A stretch of DNA of 40,518 nt from Phoronis australis (taxonomy: Eukaryota > Animalia > Phoronida), in NCBI GenBank assembly GCA_002633005.1, contig NMRA01000412.1:34774-75291 (forward strand), in the 5' to 3' direction. A model generated the notes under the pieces. That model worked only from the letters and a program-made list of their open reading frames with translations. It searched no databases and was not told the DNA's origin. Positions 34,990 through 40,518 of the stretch are shown in pieces. Position 1 is the stretch's first letter, and each line of letters begins with the position of its first letter. The position numbers were made by a program, and so were the translations under genes.

Positions 34990-37260
34990 AAAAAGTGTCG
35001 GTATATTGGGCGTAGTCTATAGCTTACGGTATCGAATCACTGCTACGCTGGCGACAGCATTGTTGTCGAATATTCCGGCGCGCGTGACCATACGCCCAGG
35101 ACAATTTATATTCAAAATCTTGTTGTGAACTTGGTACTGTTTTTTAAGCAATGGTGGGGAGCTGCGTTTCAGTGATTGTGACAATCCAGTATTGAGTACG
35201 TTGTAGCTCTTTTAACTTTCCCGCGGCCCATCAGAGAAGCACCTATATGTCACATGTTTGTTCAAGAAACTCGCGTGTTGGTGCACATGACACTCCTGGC
35301 GATAAATCAGCTCAAATGCCACACTCTCTTGAAGCTGATTTTCTGCTATTTTCTTGTTTTTGAGATAGATATTGATTTGATACGCAATGCTATAAAGAAA
35401 GTTTAAAAATGCTTATAATTTAGTCACTTGTCAAAAATATTAATGATGATATTTTAAAAGCACTTTAATTTATCTCATAAGAATATTTGATGCTCGACTT
35501 CTACCGCTTTAGAGGCAAGTGGTAGGACCCGCCATATTTTCCTTATTAAAATGACGTAACAATGTGTACAGCAAGAAGTACTTTTCATTTGCATGTGCCA
35601 AGAATAGATAGGGAGCACAAAGTGACACCATCGGTCATTCTATATAATAGCGCTGGTACAAAATATGTCCACTGTGAGCAAGTATCAAATCCTTCTCTGA
35701 AACAGTACCAGGGGCCCCCGCTCATCGAGACGGGGTCTTAACATACTTTCCTCAAGAACTGTAGTGTCGTCACGAGTTAAAACTGAGTGGCACCGAATAT
35801 CGATTGTTGGCGTAGTCACGGGCCGGTGGCACAACGAGACAAACCGTGGCTGCCAAAGAACCCCACCCTGCATCATTGTGTTTGGCCTCTGTCGCCCCCC
35901 ACNCCCCGGCGCTTTACAACTCACTTCATAACGCGCCCCCCGCCCTACCACTGCTAGTCGCCAAAAATTTCTCGTTCCATGCACACCGCCCTCTTAGTTA
36001 TCAGTGTACTGCTACTTTCCTTTTAGTTATTCAGAGAAAATGTTCAACAACGTCGGAGTCTCTGCCTGTAGGCATTGGCTATAGTCGCCCCAGGTCCGTT
36101 ATTGGCTAGCTACTGGTGATTGGCGGGACTTGCCGAACATAAACTGCCGAATGAGTCGCAGGTCGCATCAGCGCTGTGCATTTATAACGAACTAACCATC
36201 AGATGCGAACAGTGAGATTATTACGTGGTGAAACGAAATTTCTCCAAGTCTTTTCCTTTCTCATCATATTTGTTTTGTTTAGTTATTTGTTGACACGCTA
36301 CAAGTTGCATATCTTATCCGATCTGACAGACAATTTAGTGATACACTAGGTGTATTGTGAATAGCTCGAAGTCTATTGTTTGTTGTAACATGACTTAAGA
36401 TGGCACTTTGGCGGCCATTTTGCACTTTTTTGATTTGCAGAGCAACAGCTTTTGATTTTTTTTTCTGTGGATAGCTCATTTCAAGTGTTCTCAAAATGTG
36501 CCATTTGTTTTTCTCTAGCACTTACCGTTCTAGCGTGTTTGAGATTTCCAACGTCTGGTCTCAAATCGAGGTTTTGTGCGTAACTTTGGCGTATCATGTA
36601 CATGTACCTTGACAGATGTGTCTGAAAGTTGCCTTGAAATTTTGATAGAGCACATTTTGAAAGCATTATTATATAGCATTGCGAAACCCGTTTCTCTGTA
36701 CAAATGATATATTGTAGGTCTACTCGCACTATTCGAGACAAGGCTACCGCGCGCAGACGACTATTTTTTTTACTTATTTCTGAGCTGCACTTTGTACGGT
36801 ATCGTGTTTGTGCTAAAGATTGCATTTTCGTCTGATCGACATGAAATTTACGTACACTGTTTATCTAGTCAACAACCCAAGGAATGTCGTCTTTGAGCGA
36901 AATTGAACGCGCGATGGCAATGTTACAGCCCTTTTATGGCATGCAGATCGAGCTCTCCGGAATCCTTTCACCGAAATTCTTAACATATTAGTTATGTTTA
37001 TAGATCTCCTCACGGCTTATCCGGTATGGCCGGATTTCTTGCTACGGTTTACTGTTCTCGAGTAATATGATGTTTTCTGATTGGATGACCGCCTTTCGTC
37101 TTGAATCTTCAGTGCACTTTCATGATGATTTATCAATCATTAACTTTAACGTTAGGCGTCGGGGTCATCAGACATAATACTTGTTTTCGTCGTTGACTTC
37201 GGTTTGGTGAAGTGCGGCGCTGAACCGCGATTTCATTTCGCCCATAGACCAGGGCGGCGC

Positions 37261-37516
37261 CAGTGGCGGATTTAGGGGGGGGGGGGGNNNNNNNNNNNNN
37301 NNNNNNNNNNNNNNNNNNNNNNNNNNNNNNNNNNNNNNNNNNNNNNNNNNNNNNNNNNNNNNNNNNNNNNNNNNNNNNNNNNNNNNNNNNNNNNNNNNNN
37401 NNNNNNNNNNNNNNNNNNNNNNNNNNNNNNNNNNNNNNNNNNNNNNNNNNNNNNNNNNNNNNNNNNNNNNNNNNNNNNNNNNNNNNNNNNNNNNNNAAAT
37501 CCTGGATACGCCTCTG
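37261..37516. mobile_element. Probable hAT-type MITE spanning an assembly gap
   Basis: Left end CAGTGGCGGATTTAGG plus a G-run; right end CCTGGATACGCCTCTG (reverse complement CAGAGGCGTATCCAGG), an imperfect TIR pair. Only a 5-bp flanking repeat (GGCGC); interior is N. Confidence 0.5.
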
Positions 37517-38923
37517 GGCGCAGCAACAGTATAGGGGGGCTAGTAGCACCCCAGCCGCCTATGATGGTGCGCCGCGCATCGATAAGCATGAGTCGACGCC
37601 AGACATGCAGTTGCTGTAGGCCTACAACGAGTACAGGATGCAAGAAAAAAATCTCGGCAATTTAATTGTCGCAGATGTTCGGAACAGGGATACGAAAATT
37701 AAGTACTCAGTGTATTTGTTCCGGCCCGTATTGGAATCTGGCCCGTATTGGAATATTCCAATACGGGCACGGCCCCAACTCGGGGCCGCCGACGTGTACG
37801 CCGTCCGACGAAGGAGTTTGCAAGGAAAGCATTTTCTTGCAACTGATGTATTGTATATGTGGATATGGCAAAAAAGAATAACTTAGGCCCTATATATATA
37901 AAACGATCTTTTCCAAATACACATATGAAATAAATGCGTTCGTGCTCTGAGCAGCCACGTAATTCTGCCTCGACAACGCTCTCAACTGGCGGGATCATAG
38001 ACATGGTATATTAAAATATGTTTATACCGGCGGGATATTCTGAGTAAATGGCAGGGCGCACGACAAAGCTTCAAAAAGCAAGATAATGATGCTAAAAGCA
38101 ATACAGTTGGCAAATAATGAGTATAAAGGCCATAACCACCTTCAATGTGAAGAAATTAAATGTAACAATGTTTCGTGGCTACAGCTTATTACTATTAAAA
38201 TGGCGACTTTCATAGTATTCATTCTCAGACATGTCAGAGTGTAACCAATATCTTATTTAGGCCATGAAGACTCTAAAGCTTTGGGCTCATCAAAGAAGTT
38301 TTAGCGGTAAGCAGGACAACATTGCCATCACCTAAAAGCTCACGAGCACTCCTGCTAGTGCATGCAGTTACAATTAGTTCACATAAATTTTGTCCAATGT
38401 CAATGACGAGACTCTGGTCTGTCTGGATGACAGTAAGGGTGGTAACTCTCAAGTGAAATGCATCATTTTCAGTAGCATAGCAACTGTAGGGGGAGGGCAC
38501 AAGGGGGCATGATCACCTTGTTCGATGCCTACCAGAAAATCCCAGGTCGAAACTCATTTCAGTTTTCAGTTTGGCCCCGCTATTCATTGCAAAGTGCTCC
38601 AAGCTACCATGGACATGAACCCAGTTCAGATGGATCTTTCTTAAATCTCTGTCTCGGAGTCCCGACAACAGGTGGCAAGTAGGCATGCTATCAGTTCAAT
38701 GCTTACTTTAATTGTGAATTGATTTTCACACTCGCATGCAGCTTGTTTACAGACAGGCGGGCTTTAGAAGAAACAAAATTTTAGTACAGGATTTTTGTTA
38801 CCCATGAGTTGAGTTTGACTGACAGTCATATGAACTGTGTGTTATCACCTTGTTTGCTTCTGGTTCTCAAAAACATTTTGATTTTTTCATGACATTTGTC
38901 TGTAAAGACACCTTTTACTGTAG

Positions 38924-39011
38924 GACTTGACCTCATCATTAATCCCAAATCATTTGAAGATGTGAAAGTCGGCGATGTCATAGAAATCTACCATAGTGAG
39001 GATGATTACAG
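38924..39011 (+). CDS. DEPDC5: DEPDC5 / Iml1 (GATOR1 subunit), early coding exon
   Basis: ttttactgtag|...|gtaaat; 88 nt encoding xLDLIINPKSFEDVKVGDVIEIYHSEDDYS, matching the DEPDC5 N-terminus as I recall it (human [28 protein letters not shown]). Too short for the ORF track. Confidence 0.88.
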
Positions 39012-39470
39012 GTAAATGGTAACAACTTTGCAGTTAAACAAAGTGTAAACATTGGGTAGGTAACCATGTTATCGTCTGATTTGAGGTACCTTGGCTTAGA
39101 ATACTGCTGTGTTTTGGATCTGCAAACCTAAGACATTTTAAATCTATATCTGTGAGAGGAGACCATTAGAGGAAAGCCTAGTAACTGACTTCAAATGTCT
39201 TTGTTTTATCTTTTCTAACTAATTCAGACTCTTCATCACATATGAGCTCATTCTAACTTTGAATGATTGTTATTAAAACTAATTAGTATGCTCCTGTTTG
39301 TCTTAACTGCCTTTGATTAAATATTTCGATCAAAAGGGTTAATTTACGTGCTTGCTACTAACTGCTGAGGTATTGCAACTGAACTATACATTGGCATAAT
39401 TATGCACAAATTAAGTTGTACTCGTTTCTACCAGTGATTCTTAATTGTGCATATTTTCACTAATTTCCAG

Positions 39471-39517
39471 CCGACTGCTCCTTCAGGTGAAAGCCTTGTC
39501 TGATGACCAGACCAAAG
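39471..39517 (+). CDS. DEPDC5: DEPDC5, next coding exon; gene continues beyond the window
   Basis: atttccag|...|gtaatt; 47 nt, phase 2 in, phase 1 out, encoding (S)RLLLQVKALSDDQTK, matching human PLLLQVKSLKEDLQK and in frame with the previous exon. Confidence 0.88.
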
Positions 39518-40518
39518 GTAATTTATTTTTAAAGTTATAGCTACATATAGCGCTATTTTTGAAAGTTGTTTGATGACGCTGTATGCTATATATACCATCT
39601 TTCAAATCCTTTAGAAGCTGCTTTAATGTTTGGCATGGAACCTTTAATTTTCAGTTGCTTTTAACACTTACATCGAGTAAGTTCTCCAAATTACGTAATG
39701 TTATAACACCATTAGACAAAAGTAGTTCTTTGATTTCGTCAAGGGGAAAATTTTTCACCATCAGCTTGATTTTTGTCAGTTGTAAGTTTGTGATTTAGAC
39801 TTCGCCTAATTAGCGCTATGTAGGTCTTCAAAATAGACAAATAATGTGCCATACTCAAGTTACATTCTACAACATTATGGAAAAAATGCAAATGTACCTC
39901 AGAAATGGCTGATCGGATTAATATGAAACTTTCAGATACTGTGCTTTTAGGAATTGTTTTAAATTGATCCATTTTTGCATTAGGGGTTATCAGAATTAAG
40001 ACTTTTGAAAAAAAAGAAATGAATACAGAGAAATAGTAACAGTATTCTGGGATTTCATTTTGAACAGTAAATGACAAATAAAGGGAAAAAGAAATGTCCA
40101 TCTAAATCTGTGTGCTGTAAGTATTAAGCTTTCCATAATAAGATGTTCCGACTTGCAAGATAAATATCAAGATGCAGATTCGCATAATGACTTTTTAAGT
40201 TGTTAGTCTGTTTTTATTATGTTGCAGAAACACAATGATAGTGATTTGATGCCCATTAAAGGCGAAGGCAACCTTTTTCCATGTCATTTTGAGCTAAAAT
40301 AAGGTTGGTTGGTTATCCTAGACATATTTTCCACTTAATTACAGCTTTTCGTAATTTTATTAATTACTCGTCCGCTACTGCGGAAGTGACGTTTTAGGAG
40401 GCAAGCGTTTCCCGCCAATTTCTTTTCATATAGTCTGACTGTGAGAGCTGCCGAGTCAGTCATTGTTCTACCTCGGTTGTGTTAAGTTCCGTCGTCGTTT
40501 GCTTTCATTTACTAGTCA

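Noticed and set aside
36250-37130. Possible non-autonomous DNA transposon (AAGATGGC / GGCCATTTTG motifs)
   Set aside because: No termini, TSD or second copy could be defined within the window.
5944-39517. Idea that the Kv, TRIM-NHL and DEPDC5 genes form a functional cluster
   Set aside because: Adjacency in an animal genome is not evidence of shared function; it would need conserved microsynteny or co-expression data.

Overview
Animal (most likely marine invertebrate) genomic DNA from a draft scaffold with gaps at 10118-10381, 15494-16249 and 37288-37496 and single N at 12487 and 35903. Three host genes are visible. (1) A minus-strand, three-exon Shaw/Kv3-like potassium channel (exons 22970-22461, 12962-12791 or its near-identical copy 10669-10498, and 6836-5944; 524 aa) with an intact TVGYG filter but a degenerate S4 sensor and a PVP->TVP S6 gate. 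(2) A minus-strand TRIM-NHL gene with one coding exon (29696-27885). (3) Two short plus-strand coding exons of a DEPDC5 orthologue (38924-39011, 39471-39517). The rest is largely decayed transposable elements: a Penelope-like RT fragment, a BEL/Pao element, a Ty3/Gypsy element with a candidate LTR/PBS/TSD, a DNA-transposon-like element, a tandem dimer of a Helentron/HINE-like element, a LINE fragment, hAT-type MITEs and a 1.4-kb nested palindrome. No rRNA, intact tRNA or CRISPR array was found. I found no clear new multi-gene system. The best leads are the possible regulatory ('silent') Kv subunit, its duplicated phase-incompatible exon (possibly an assembly or haplotype artefact), and the nested palindromic element. 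All family calls come from motif recognition by eye; no searches were run.
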